IMG/VR virus record: IMGVR_UViG_3300043473_000046
Span: 1-58,767 of that record
DNA from: a virus
Taxonomy: Duplodnaviria; Caudoviricetes
Direction: 5' to 3' (one strand)
Length of the DNA stretch: 58,767 bases
Below the pieces are notes generated by a model, which was not told the origin of the DNA, did not search any database, and saw only the letters and a list, made by a program, of their open reading frames with translations. The position numbers and the translations under genes are program-made. Positions 19,101 through 26,655 of this stretch are shown piece after piece (position 1 is the first letter of the stretch; every line of letters begins with the position of its first letter).

Positions 19101-22100
19101 AGTTCAGCGTAGACAGGGGTCGTGACTGTGGCGAGCAGAAAATCTTGACCGTCAGCAAGTGCGAGCGTACCGGTGGAAGTAGTGGCACCGACGCCAACCT
19201 CTACGAAGCCGTGAGTGACGACCCAGCCCGTGTAGTTCGTGACGCCGAAGGAATACGTCCCGGCAGAGACATTGATCCAATCACCGGCATAGAGAGTGTA
19301 AGCGCCGAAGCTAACGTCCGTTGAATCAATGCGTTCCGTGGCCGTTCCCGAACCAGCGGTGATCGTCTTGCCAGGATTGGTGAGGTTCCAGTCGACTGCG
19401 CCGTACAGGACAACTGACCCAGTGGAGATGGTCTTGGAGAATGCTGCCTCCGTCCGGTTCCAATCACTTTGAAGGACTGATCCATCCGAGATGACGTGAA
19501 CGATTCCACCAATCGTGCCCGTGCCTGCCGACCTGTTCAGGGTGATCGTCTGGTTGGTCTGAAGGGATGAGGCTGTCGCTTCCCAGGTGTAGAAGTTGGC
19601 TTCACCTGACGCTGGAGTCGCGGTTGCACCAGCGACGGGCGTGAACGTCAGGTTCGCATTGGTCGGAGCAGAACAAGTGGTTACGTTGCTCGATGTCCAG
19701 TTGAAGACGATGATCTTCTGTCCAGCACCCCAGGCGCATCCGGTGATGGCGCGAGTGGCCGATGCCGTGAACTGTGACGCTGGAAGGAAGTGAGTCTTGG
19801 TCAGGTTGATGGGAGGGTCGGACTGGCCCGAGGCCGACATCACGTCGATGCTGTCGGTCGCGGCCATTGTCCCGTAGGTGGACTCGGCCGACGCCGACAT
19901 CGTGTCGATGCCGTCAGTGGCGGTGAGAGTGCCGTCAGAAGTTGTTATGCCCGAGAACTCGGTGACGGTCTGCGGAAGAATAAGGTAGGCATCCCCGTCG
20001 GAGTTCGCCGAAGTAGCGGCGTACCTGAAGGTTATTGATCCGCCCAGTGCCCTTGGTGTCAGAGCCGTATCATCGAGAAAGGTTCGGAATCGAAGTCGTT
20101 GTCCCGGAGCAATGGCAAGAGGATTGCCTTGCACATAGAAATCGGTGTTGCTCGTCGCTGGGTTTAGTTCACCATTCGGAAACGACGTAACTCCGTTTGG
20201 CTGGCCCGAGATGCCGCAATGATCTACCCAGATCACCGCATTGGAGCCGTCGTTATCGCAGACCGCCACTTGGAAGCGAGGGCTGGTGTGGTTGCTGGTG
20301 TTGCCGCAAGAGCCACTGAAGCGAACACGAATGAACCCATCCAGAGTGACGGGGTTCAGTTGCTTGGAGTACCACTCCAGGTTTACGCTTGCAAGCTGGT
20401 GCTGTTCCGGTGCAGCCCATCCAGCCGAAGCAGCGGCTCTGAAGGACGAGACCGCCGCCGTTCCTCTGGAAGTCCACATCTCAAGTTCAGTGTCAGCCCC
20501 TACGTTGGGACCGGCTGTACTCGTGAAGAACAACTGCGTTCCTGTTGGAACGGTCTTGTTGAAGACGACCGGATTGTTGAACGTAATAGAAGTTTGCGAA
20601 CCGTTGACAGTCTCGTCGGCACCGCCCGAGAACATGAGCACGGAGCCGCCAGCGGTCATCGTGCCTGCGGCACTGTCCTGGCCGAAGAACGTGATCCTGA
20701 ACCGATCACCCGGAGCGAAGTCTGTGGTGGTGACGGGGCAACTGAACGTCACTTGCGAAGAGTTGGCTGCGTTGCCCGCGGCATTGATGGGGAGGTCAAC
20801 GGTGTTGTTGGAGCGACCGATCTCTGTAAGGACACCTGTAGGCGACACCTTGTCAACCTTCGCATTAAGAGCGATATTCACAGCGGCTGATTGAAGTGCC
20901 CATATCGAGAAGTCAATGGGTGAGTTGATGGTGATCGCTTCAGCCAGTGGCAGGGTGACGTACTCGACAGCCGTGGATGTAGTGCTGTCTCGCAGTTGAA
21001 TCTTGGCCGGACCCGCCACACCCGGAGCCGAAGCAACGCGGGTGAAGGTCAAGGCAGAATCAAGAGCAGTGACGACCCATCCAGTGGGTGTGCCGTTGAT
21101 GTCTCCGGTGTTGGTGCCTCGGTGGAAGCCGCACGACGCACCAGAAGTTTGAAGACGAACTGTGACCTGCGGAGCACCTGCGGCTCCCGACATGGTGTCG
21201 AGGCCGTCGGTCTGAGCCAGGGTGACGGTCTGCGGCGCGACCGTCTTGGTGACGTTAGCAAGTGGAACCTGCGTGTAAGTGATGACATCAGGCGCGCCGT
21301 TACGCAGCACCCGGAAGCGCAGTTGGTCACCCTGAGTGAAGGCGGAAGCTTTGATCCGAACGGAAAATGCCAACTCCGTGAAGTTGTCAGCCGTGATCCC
21401 CAGGTTGTCGATGATTCCGTCTTCGGTGACTTGACCGGGAACGAAGGTGCCGGTGCCACCCGTCAGGCGATTGGTTGTGGCTTGTCCATCGGTGAGGGCT
21501 GGATCGTCCCACGGGACGACCGCATCATCGCCGTAGATGCGGAACACGAAGTCAAATGCTGAGTTGGTGTTCCAGGCTCCATTCTGTTGTCGGGTGGTCG
21601 AGTTCCCGACATGCGTCGGACTGGTGGAGTCTCCTGCCACCTGAATACAGTTCGAAGTATTACCGACGTTGGGGCAGCGAAGAACGACCACATAGGGAAC
21701 GTCGCTAACCGTGGTGAAGGGACTGAAGTCGAAGTCGACCCACCCCAGGCTGGTACTCACTGACGAAGCCGCGATGGAAGTGGTGGACACGGCCAAGGCT
21801 GTCGGCGGGTTCGACGGAACACCATTCGTGCCCAATACGCCACCGGTCATCGGGTAGATGGCGCAAGTGATGTTCCCCGCCGAAGGCGTTCCAATCCTGT
21901 TGATGTAGAAGCCAGCCTTGGTGATGGTGGCTCCCCGTCCGAGGAAGGTCTGACCTACTTCCGGAGAGGTCGTGGTACCAAGCTGATTGGCAGAATCCAC
22001 ATTGCTCGCGTCGTACATGTGGATCAAGGTGGGCGGAACGAGTACGTCCCTCCACGACCCGTTGGCGTTCTTCTCCCATTGCATTGTCCAGTCATCGGTG

Positions 22101-22909
22101 GACGGGAAGATGCTTCCCGCATTGGACTGCATGAGAACACGAATCGTCCCGAAGGCGTCACCCAGATCTAAGTTTCCGGTTGGTGGTGTGTTCTGGTTGG
22201 CTCGCGGCGCACTCCCGGTCTCGGAGCCCGCCCCGTAGAATCGGTAAGCAGCTTGCGTGACCGAGATCGGTGGGATGGATGTGGCCGTTGATCCAAGGGT
22301 GTCCCGGCCATCGGTCAGAGCGACCGTGCCACCAGCGAAGTCGACCTCTTTGACTTCAACCGTGAACACCGTGTAAGTGGTGGAGCGGCTGATGGTGATG
22401 CTGGCAGCGGCAGCATCGGTGGAGGAATTCTTGCGGTAAGTGCCGTAACCGGGCTGCGTGCCATTGGAGTCGATCAGCGTGTGGTTGGCCGGGGTCGGCG
22501 GGCTCGCATCTGGGCGGGTGTGCGCCAGGCCACGCAGAATCAAGCCCGTCCCGTCAGGCTTCTGGAGAGTCAGCGCCGACCAGTTCGGGTTGGCGTTGGA
22601 CCGAGCCTCGCTCAGTACGTTGCCAACCTCGATCTCCTTGCCCGCTGCCGCCCGAACGGTGATGGCCACACACCGGTTGGCGTTGGTGAACGTGGGCATC
22701 GTCCACGCACCGTCGTACTCCCGCTTGGCAACAAGGTGCGCGGGGTTCGTGTCACTCTTGGTTACAAGTATCCACCCAGCCGGGAGCGTCGGAGCCGTGC
22801 CCGCGTTGCGATAGGCCGCGACGCAGACGTAATCACCCGAGACTGTGCCCGCAGGCAGAGTCGGACTGGCGGTACCGACTGCCGTTGAGGCGACGAAGGT
22901 GGCAGCCAT
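16109..22909 (-). CDS. Giant repeat-containing fibre/adhesin-like virion protein (2266 aa)
   Basis: N-terminal beta-rich modules plus about 40 copies of an about 24-26 aa T/S-D-G-x-D-T repeat. Confidence 0.8.
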   Translation of the reverse strand: MAATFVASTAVGTASPTLPAGTVSGDYVCVAAYRNAGTAPTLPAGWILVTKSDTNPAHLVAKREYDGAWTMPTFTNANRCVAITVRAAAGKEIEVGNVLSEARSNANPNWSALTLQKPDGTGLILRGLAHTRPDASPPTPANHTLIDSNGTQPGYGTYRKNSSTDAAAASITISRSTTYTVFTVEVKEVDFAGGTVALTDGRDTLGSTATSIPPISVTQAAYRFYGAGSETGSAPRANQNTPPTGNLDLGDAFGTIRVLMQSNAGSIFPSTDDWTMQWEKNANGSWRDVLVPPTLIHMYDASNVDSANQLGTTTSPEVGQTFLGRGATITKAGFYINRIGTPSAGNITCAIYPMTGGVLGTNGVPSNPPTALAVSTTSIAASSVSTSLGWVDFDFSPFTTVSDVPYVVVLRCPNVGNTSNCIQVAGDSTSPTHVGNSTTRQQNGAWNTNSAFDFVFRIYGDDAVVPWDDPALTDGQATTNRLTGGTGTFVPGQVTEDGIIDNLGITADNFTELAFSVRIKASAFTQGDQLRFRVLRNGAPDVITYTQVPLANVTKTVAPQTVTLAQTDGLDTMSGAAGAPQVTVRLQTSGASCGFHRGTNTGDINGTPTGWVVTALDSALTFTRVASAPGVAGPAKIQLRDSTTSTAVEYVTLPLAEAITINSPIDFSIWALQSAAVNIALNAKVDKVSPTGVLTEIGRSNNTVDLPINAAGNAANSSQVTFSCPVTTTDFAPGDRFRITFFGQDSAAGTMTAGGSVLMFSGGADETVNGSQTSITFNNPVVFNKTVPTGTQLFFTSTAGPNVGADTELEMWTSRGTAAVSSFRAAASAGWAAPEQHQLASVNLEWYSKQLNPVTLDGFIRVRFSGSCGNTSNHTSPRFQVAVCDNDGSNAVIWVDHCGISGQPNGVTSFPNGELNPATSNTDFYVQGNPLAIAPGQRLRFRTFLDDTALTPRALGGSITFRYAATSANSDGDAYLILPQTVTEFSGITTSDGTLTATDGIDTMSASAESTYGTMAATDSIDVMSASGQSDPPINLTKTHFLPASQFTASATRAITGCAWGAGQKIIVFNWTSSNVTTCSAPTNANLTFTPVAGATATPASGEANFYTWEATASSLQTNQTITLNRSAGTGTIGGIVHVISDGSVLQSDWNRTEAAFSKTISTGSVVLYGAVDWNLTNPGKTITAGSGTATERIDSTDVSFGAYTLYAGDWINVSAGTYSFGVTNYTGWVVTHGFVEVGVGATTSTGTLALADGQDFLLATVTTPVYAELDQSDGQDEIVAIGDVPPITGTLALTDGIDTLVGVATSTPPSITITLALTDGPDTMVATATTTVPTFTSTLALTDTRDFAAMSGTRTVPVFTATTALTDGPDTMVATATVSVSSSLSQADGLDTLVAAGSTTAPTFTSTLALTDGVDTIVATIASGTLHTGTVAVTDGIDTLVASAQATAPAFTSTVAQTDGIDTLVAAVSTTAPTFTSTLVKTDGIDTLVASVSTTAPTFTGTLALTDGPDALVASGSTTAPTFTGTLALTDGPDTLVASASAGAVGAAILAITDGIDTMVATATTTVPTFTGTLSISDRVDTIVTSLSLTVPLFVSTFSQTDGVDSIVTAVNAIPPPNPSTLSLSDGLDTLTAFVSAGAVGAAVLALADGIDTITAAGTTTAPTFTASLALTDGVDTLLSVPTAVVPTQTSTLSVSDGPDALTALVATTAPTYSGSVAVTDGIDSMVAAASAVTPTTTSNLVVTDGPDTILVTGTTVAPTFTSTLALTDGADSIVATGTHAAPGNSAGALTITDGQDTIVAAATTTIPTLLGTFVVADGTDTLAAVIAFVAINDPTLAVTDGADTIVASASATVPLLLSTFAATDSPDTLAGIGSTVPPTLTGSMAATETPDLLFAVGTSAAPGNSAGALTISDGLDTLVASATRTIPTVTATVAVSDGVDTLEATIQSVPINSVALAQSDGLDTIVTSTSLTVPLLVGFIIITDGTDTMAGVLTSVVPTFTSTLGFIDGADTIDAFATAAVPLATSTLTFTDNRDTIVSSASATPPTHTGTIDFTDGRDTIVTSVVAGAVGAAVLAISDGLDTMVAVANTVVPTFTSTATGTDGRDSLEVSIATIPPTHSSTLALTDGVDALVALAVSTPPLFTATLALTDGQDTLVIAVAHVVPTFTGNTVTTDGRDTFVAVGLHAPPGNSAGGFGATDGRDTMVAAALCLFGHTILNGYKLEMRRLDLLRACTRVDEEREMERTDKPTVIRPAASEKGILIP
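16270..19180 (-). repeat. Coding tandem repeat array (about 72-78 bp units)
   Basis: Recurrent gtgtcgatgccgtcggtga-like cores; unit TFTxTLALTDGxDTxVATAxxxxP. Confidence 0.9.
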
Positions 22910-22925
22910 GAATGGCTACCTTCGA

Positions 22926-23330
22926 CTACGGTGTGCCGTCGGTGATGACCGCCGAGGAACATGCGACCGTGCCACCAGAGACGATGGCCGCGTTGAAGTT
23001 GAGATCGCCCGAGCCAACACCGGCCGTCATGTCCACGACGGCTGTCGTGCCGTCGGACTTCCAGAAGCGTGCCCAAGTTGGGGTTCCCGATGCAACTGCC
23101 GTTGCCGACGTGATCGCATTGAGCGTGAGCACGCCGCCAGAAGCCGCAGGTGCGAAGGTGGCGTTCAGAGTCATCTCGGCCAGCATGGTGGCACCACCGA
23201 TGGCAGCGCCAACGGCGGGCTTCGTACCGGAGTAGACGCGGAACTTGCCCGACGCGCCGACACCGGCAGTACCAGACGAAATCTGATCAAGGCGTGCGTT
23301 GCGAAGAGTGGTGACGTATCCGAGGGCCAT
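22926..23330 (-). CDS. Conserved phage structural protein
   Basis: RNARLD..YSGTKP..LA...GTPTWARF..D..G..GDL. Confidence 0.75.
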   Translation of the reverse strand: MALGYVTTLRNARLDQISSGTAGVGASGKFRVYSGTKPAVGAAIGGATMLAEMTLNATFAPAASGGVLTLNAITSATAVASGTPTWARFWKSDGTTAVVDMTAGVGSGDLNFNAAIVSGGTVACSSAVITDGTP

Positions 23331-23332
23331 GG

Positions 23333-23485
23333 TTATTCTTCCATTCCGGCATCGATTCGGGCCTGGCGCTCGTCCGCTTCTCGCACAAGACGATCAGCTT
23401 CCTCCTGCGTCATGCCTGGGGGGAGTAAGGAGATGCCATTGCCCCCGACGGCGAGATGTTCCTGAACTTGATCATCATTCGACAT
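23333..23485 (-). CDS. Small hypothetical protein (50 aa, probably leaderless)
   Basis: Hand-translated MSNDDQVQEHLAVGG...; TAGTGT 7 nt upstream. Confidence 0.55.
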   Translation of the reverse strand: MSNDDQVQEHLAVGGNGISLLPPGMTQEEADRLVREADERQARIDAGMEE

Positions 23486-23564
23486 GAGATTTACACTACA
23501 CTCCTTGTAAGGACGCTCTGCGACACTCTATTGCGTTGACCTCGACCGAAGCCAGGATTGGTGG

Positions 23565-24113
23565 TCAGTCGGCGGCGCAAACGGAGACCTGCAAATCCTG
23601 GTCAACCGGCTGGCGTTGATGGACTGACACCGTCTCCAGATGGAATCCCGGAGGGCAGAACGGCCCTGGTGGGCCTGCTGGACCGGTCTGGCCCGTGGCT
23701 CCGGGCGCTCCCGGTTCTCCGGGAATACCTTGCTCTCCGGGGATTCCCTGCTCGCCAGGACTTCCGGCAGGACCGGGCGCGCCGGTCAATCCAGTGCTTC
23801 CTCTGGGTCCAGGGACACCGATTCCGTCGCTTCCAGCGGGTCCAGCGGGTCCGGGTACGCCTTGTGGACCCTGCGCTCCGGGGACACCTTGGACTCCAAT
23901 TCCGTCGCTTCCGGCTGGCCCCGGAAGGCCGGGAGGGCCGGGAGGGCCGGGTTCACCCACGACAACCACGGTGGTGACGGGAACAGTGGATGCGACCACC
24001 GTGGTGACTGGCGGGACACTAAGAGGCTCCTCCTCATCCACAACAACAAACGTGACGCCGACCATCGTCCCCGAGACCGCAGAACAAAGCGAGAGGAAGA
24101 TGAGCGGGTGCAT
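23565..24113 (-). CDS. Membrane-anchored collagen-like protein
   Basis: N-terminal hydrophobic helix, long Gly-X-Y run, C-terminal two-Cys domain. Confidence 0.85.
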   Translation of the reverse strand: MHPLIFLSLCSAVSGTMVGVTFVVVDEEEPLSVPPVTTVVASTVPVTTVVVVGEPGPPGPPGLPGPAGSDGIGVQGVPGAQGPQGVPGPAGPAGSDGIGVPGPRGSTGLTGAPGPAGSPGEQGIPGEQGIPGEPGAPGATGQTGPAGPPGPFCPPGFHLETVSVHQRQPVDQDLQVSVCAAD

Positions 24114-24395
24114 CTAATCCATCCGTTCCGTGGTGTCGACTTCCTTCTCCTCGTCGGGCCGTGCGTCAAGATTCTTATCTTCAATATTTGGAGCCTTGAC
24201 GGTGAGCATTCCCAACAAGGCTCCCAGGATGAGAGTGATGGCCGAGAACAGAGCATCAGTGGCTCGATCAGTGTCGACCGATGGGTCTCTTATCTTCACG
24301 ATGGAGATCAATAGGCCCATCATCAGGAGCATCACGCCCGCAATGAGCATGAGCCACAAGACCATAAGTTCGATGACGGATCGCCCCTTGAACAC
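24114..24395 (-). CDS. Putative holin (2 TM)
   Basis: Two TM helices, charged C-terminus, directly after the endolysin. Confidence 0.65.
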   Translation of the reverse strand: MFKGRSVIELMVLWLMLIAGVMLLMMGLLISIVKIRDPSVDTDRATDALFSAITLILGALLGMLTVKAPNIEDKNLDARPDEEKEVDTTERMD

Positions 24396-24408
24396 GAGCG
24401 ATCACTGA

Positions 24409-25353
24409 CTAGGTTGCGTAGGCCATGATGTCTGCGAACACCATGGCCGGTTGGCTCAAATACACCATGAAGGTGCCGTCGGGAGCCAAGTGCGAGAGCA
24501 CGAATCCGGTCTCGATTTCTCCGGGGTTGTAGTTGGTGAAGCTGTGGTCGGGGCAAGGGTACAGACCCGACCAAGCCGTGGCGTAACCAGGCTCTGTGTT
24601 CTTCGGGTTGCCGATGACGGTGATGGCGCACATCACCATCTTCTTGCCAGCCCCGTCTGCGAAGCCGATGCCGTGCTGCCCGACCAGATAGCCGTAGCCT
24701 CGTGCATCCCATCGTGGTGCCTCGACGGCAACGATCTGATCTGCTGTTGCGAGCACTCTGTATCCCTTCGGTGGTGTGGTTGGAACGGTTGGCGGCGTTG
24801 GTTCGCCGGGAAGGTTGTAGATCGTGAGGACCGCGCCCGCCTTGATCTGAGCCTGAATGGTGCTTCGACTGTTGCCGAGTTCCTGTGGCTGGAAGTGCCA
24901 CTCCTCGCCGTTGACGTAAGGTCCGACCGCACCGCCGAAGTTCTTGAGAGCGTAGCGGGTGCAATTCTTGTCGAACCAGTGGTTCTCCCAGCCGATGAGG
25001 TCAGCCGCCAGGGCGTACCCGTTCAGCAGCCCCTCCTCGTGGACGGAACTTCCGGGAGGAGCAGCGTGCGCCATGCCCTGTCGAAGCTGATAATGCTTGC
25101 CCAGATAGACGCAGCAGCCACCTGAAGACACCACAGTGTGACGGGCCAGGAAGGTGGCGCGCTGAACCTCGATACTGCGAGCACCTTCGCCAATGCCCAC
25201 GTCCTGATATCCAGCATCCTGGGCGTGATCGAACATGCGTACCAGTCGTCGGCGCACTTCGGGATGAAGCTTCGTCCACGTCCACTTCGTGTTCAGTTGG
25301 GCCAGAGTGCAACGCTCCCCCGCGTATCCAAATCGGTACGTTCTCTCAGCCAT
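24409..25353 (-). CDS. Endolysin, peptidase M15-like with C-terminal binding domain
   Basis: RS..Q, APPGSSVH..G..AADL, EEWHFQ zinc-peptidase motifs; Pro/Thr linker. Confidence 0.85.
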   Translation of the reverse strand: MAERTYRFGYAGERCTLAQLNTKWTWTKLHPEVRRRLVRMFDHAQDAGYQDVGIGEGARSIEVQRATFLARHTVVSSGGCCVYLGKHYQLRQGMAHAAPPGSSVHEEGLLNGYALAADLIGWENHWFDKNCTRYALKNFGGAVGPYVNGEEWHFQPQELGNSRSTIQAQIKAGAVLTIYNLPGEPTPPTVPTTPPKGYRVLATADQIVAVEAPRWDARGYGYLVGQHGIGFADGAGKKMVMCAITVIGNPKNTEPGYATAWSGLYPCPDHSFTNYNPGEIETGFVLSHLAPDGTFMVYLSQPAMVFADIMAYAT

Positions 25354-25392
25354 CCACCCACACTACCGATAACAAGGAACTTGGGTCACGGA

Positions 25393-25421
25393 TTGACGTT
25401 GTGCCAAGCAGACGATATATT
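25393..25421 (+). promoter_or_regulatory. SigA-like promoter TTGACG-N17-TATATT
   Basis: Near-consensus hexamers with 17-nt spacing upstream of the nuclease. Confidence 0.7.
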
Positions 25422-25533
25422 GAGACCCAATCAAGGAGGAATCTCCAAATCATTCCTTGGTTGTCGGGACAGAGGCCATTCGCTCCAGGGCGAATGGCCT
25501 CTGTCATCTTTAGTATCTTCCCTGAGGAGCATC

Positions 25534-26655
25534 ATGGAACCGAGAACACTGTCCGCATCATCGATCAAGTGCTTCGAAGATTGCGAAGCCATGTACCACG
25601 CCCACTACATCGATCGGGTGAAGGAAGGATCGGGTGCGGCGGCTGATCTCGGCACCAGCGTCCACACAGCCTGCGAGGAGTGGGTGAACGCTGGGGCTCC
25701 CGCCGATCTCGACATTCTGCTCAAGCAGTTTGAGCAGGACGCCATCATGCACGGGCTGAACCAGGAGATGATCAAGGACGGCCGCGTCATGCTCCAGGAC
25801 TTCTACAACCGGTGGCAGGAGTTCCCGCCGCACGAGGTTCTCGTGACGGAGGTCAAGGAGACGTTCCCCCTCAAGGTTGGCGACAAGACGGTGCAGGTCA
25901 CCTTCATCTGGGACCGCGGTGACCGGTTGCCCGATGGTTCGATCGAGGTCGTGGACTACAAGACCTGGCGTAAGATTCTCGACGGAGAGGACATGCGCTC
26001 GACCATCCAGGTCCGAATCTACGCCTTGAGTGCAGCGATCAAGTACAAGGATGACAACCCGCCAGCGATCTGGGTGACGCTCGACCAGATGCGAACCACC
26101 GGTCCCGTCAGCGTGAAGTTCACCCGTGAGGACAACCAAGCCACCTGGCGTTACTTGAAAGACGTGTACTCGCGCATCCTCGCCAGCGATGGCACCAAGA
26201 TGACGATCAACGAGAACTGTCGATACTGCGTCCGCAAGGCCGATTGCCCCGAACTCGCCAAGGCGATGGAGGTCGGCAACATCCAGCGGCTGCGGGCCTA
26301 TCCCGAACAGGCAGCAGAACGTCTGGCCGAACTCAAAGCAGCCCGGAACGCCGTCAGCGACACGATCTCGCAACTGGAGGACTTCATGAGCGAACTGCTC
26401 GATGAATACGAAGTCCCCGTGATCAACTACCCCTCAGGCGTCCAGGTCAAGCTGGAGGTCCGCAAGAGCCGCAAGATCGAACACCACGGGGTCAACCGGG
26501 TACTCGGCCTCGATCCCATGGCCCGCTTGAGCCTGCCCGAGATCGATGAGATTCTCGCCGGGGACTCGATCACCGACGAGCAGAAGTGGGAACTGAAGAA
26601 GTACATCGTCTCGACAGCAAGCGGCAAGGCTACTGCCGTTTTTCCGAAGCGCTGA
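25534..26655 (+). CDS. Cas4/RecB-like PD-(D/E)xK exonuclease
   Basis: GAGGAG RBS; LSASSI..C, GTSVH, WDRGD..VVDYKT, QxxxY, CRYC.....C. Confidence 0.9.
   Translation: MEPRTLSASSIKCFEDCEAMYHAHYIDRVKEGSGAAADLGTSVHTACEEWVNAGAPADLDILLKQFEQDAIMHGLNQEMIKDGRVMLQDFYNRWQEFPPHEVLVTEVKETFPLKVGDKTVQVTFIWDRGDRLPDGSIEVVDYKTWRKILDGEDMRSTIQVRIYALSAAIKYKDDNPPAIWVTLDQMRTTGPVSVKFTREDNQATWRYLKDVYSRILASDGTKMTINENCRYCVRKADCPELAKAMEVGNIQRLRAYPEQAAERLAELKAARNAVSDTISQLEDFMSELLDEYEVPVINYPSGVQVKLEVRKSRKIEHHGVNRVLGLDPMARLSLPEIDEILAGDSITDEQKWELKKYIVSTASGKATAVFPKR

Noticed and set aside
16270-19180. Possible CRISPR array or DGR repeats
   Set aside because: The repeats are degenerate, in-frame and protein-coding; there are no identical repeats with unique spacers and no reverse transcriptase
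25138-25533. N-terminal extension of the nuclease in the ORF track
   Set aside because: Overlaps the endolysin and the promoter; the RBS supports ATG 25534
25534-26655. CRISPR-Cas system suggested by the Cas4-like gene
   Set aside because: No cas1, cas2 or array; solo Cas4-like nucleases are common in phages
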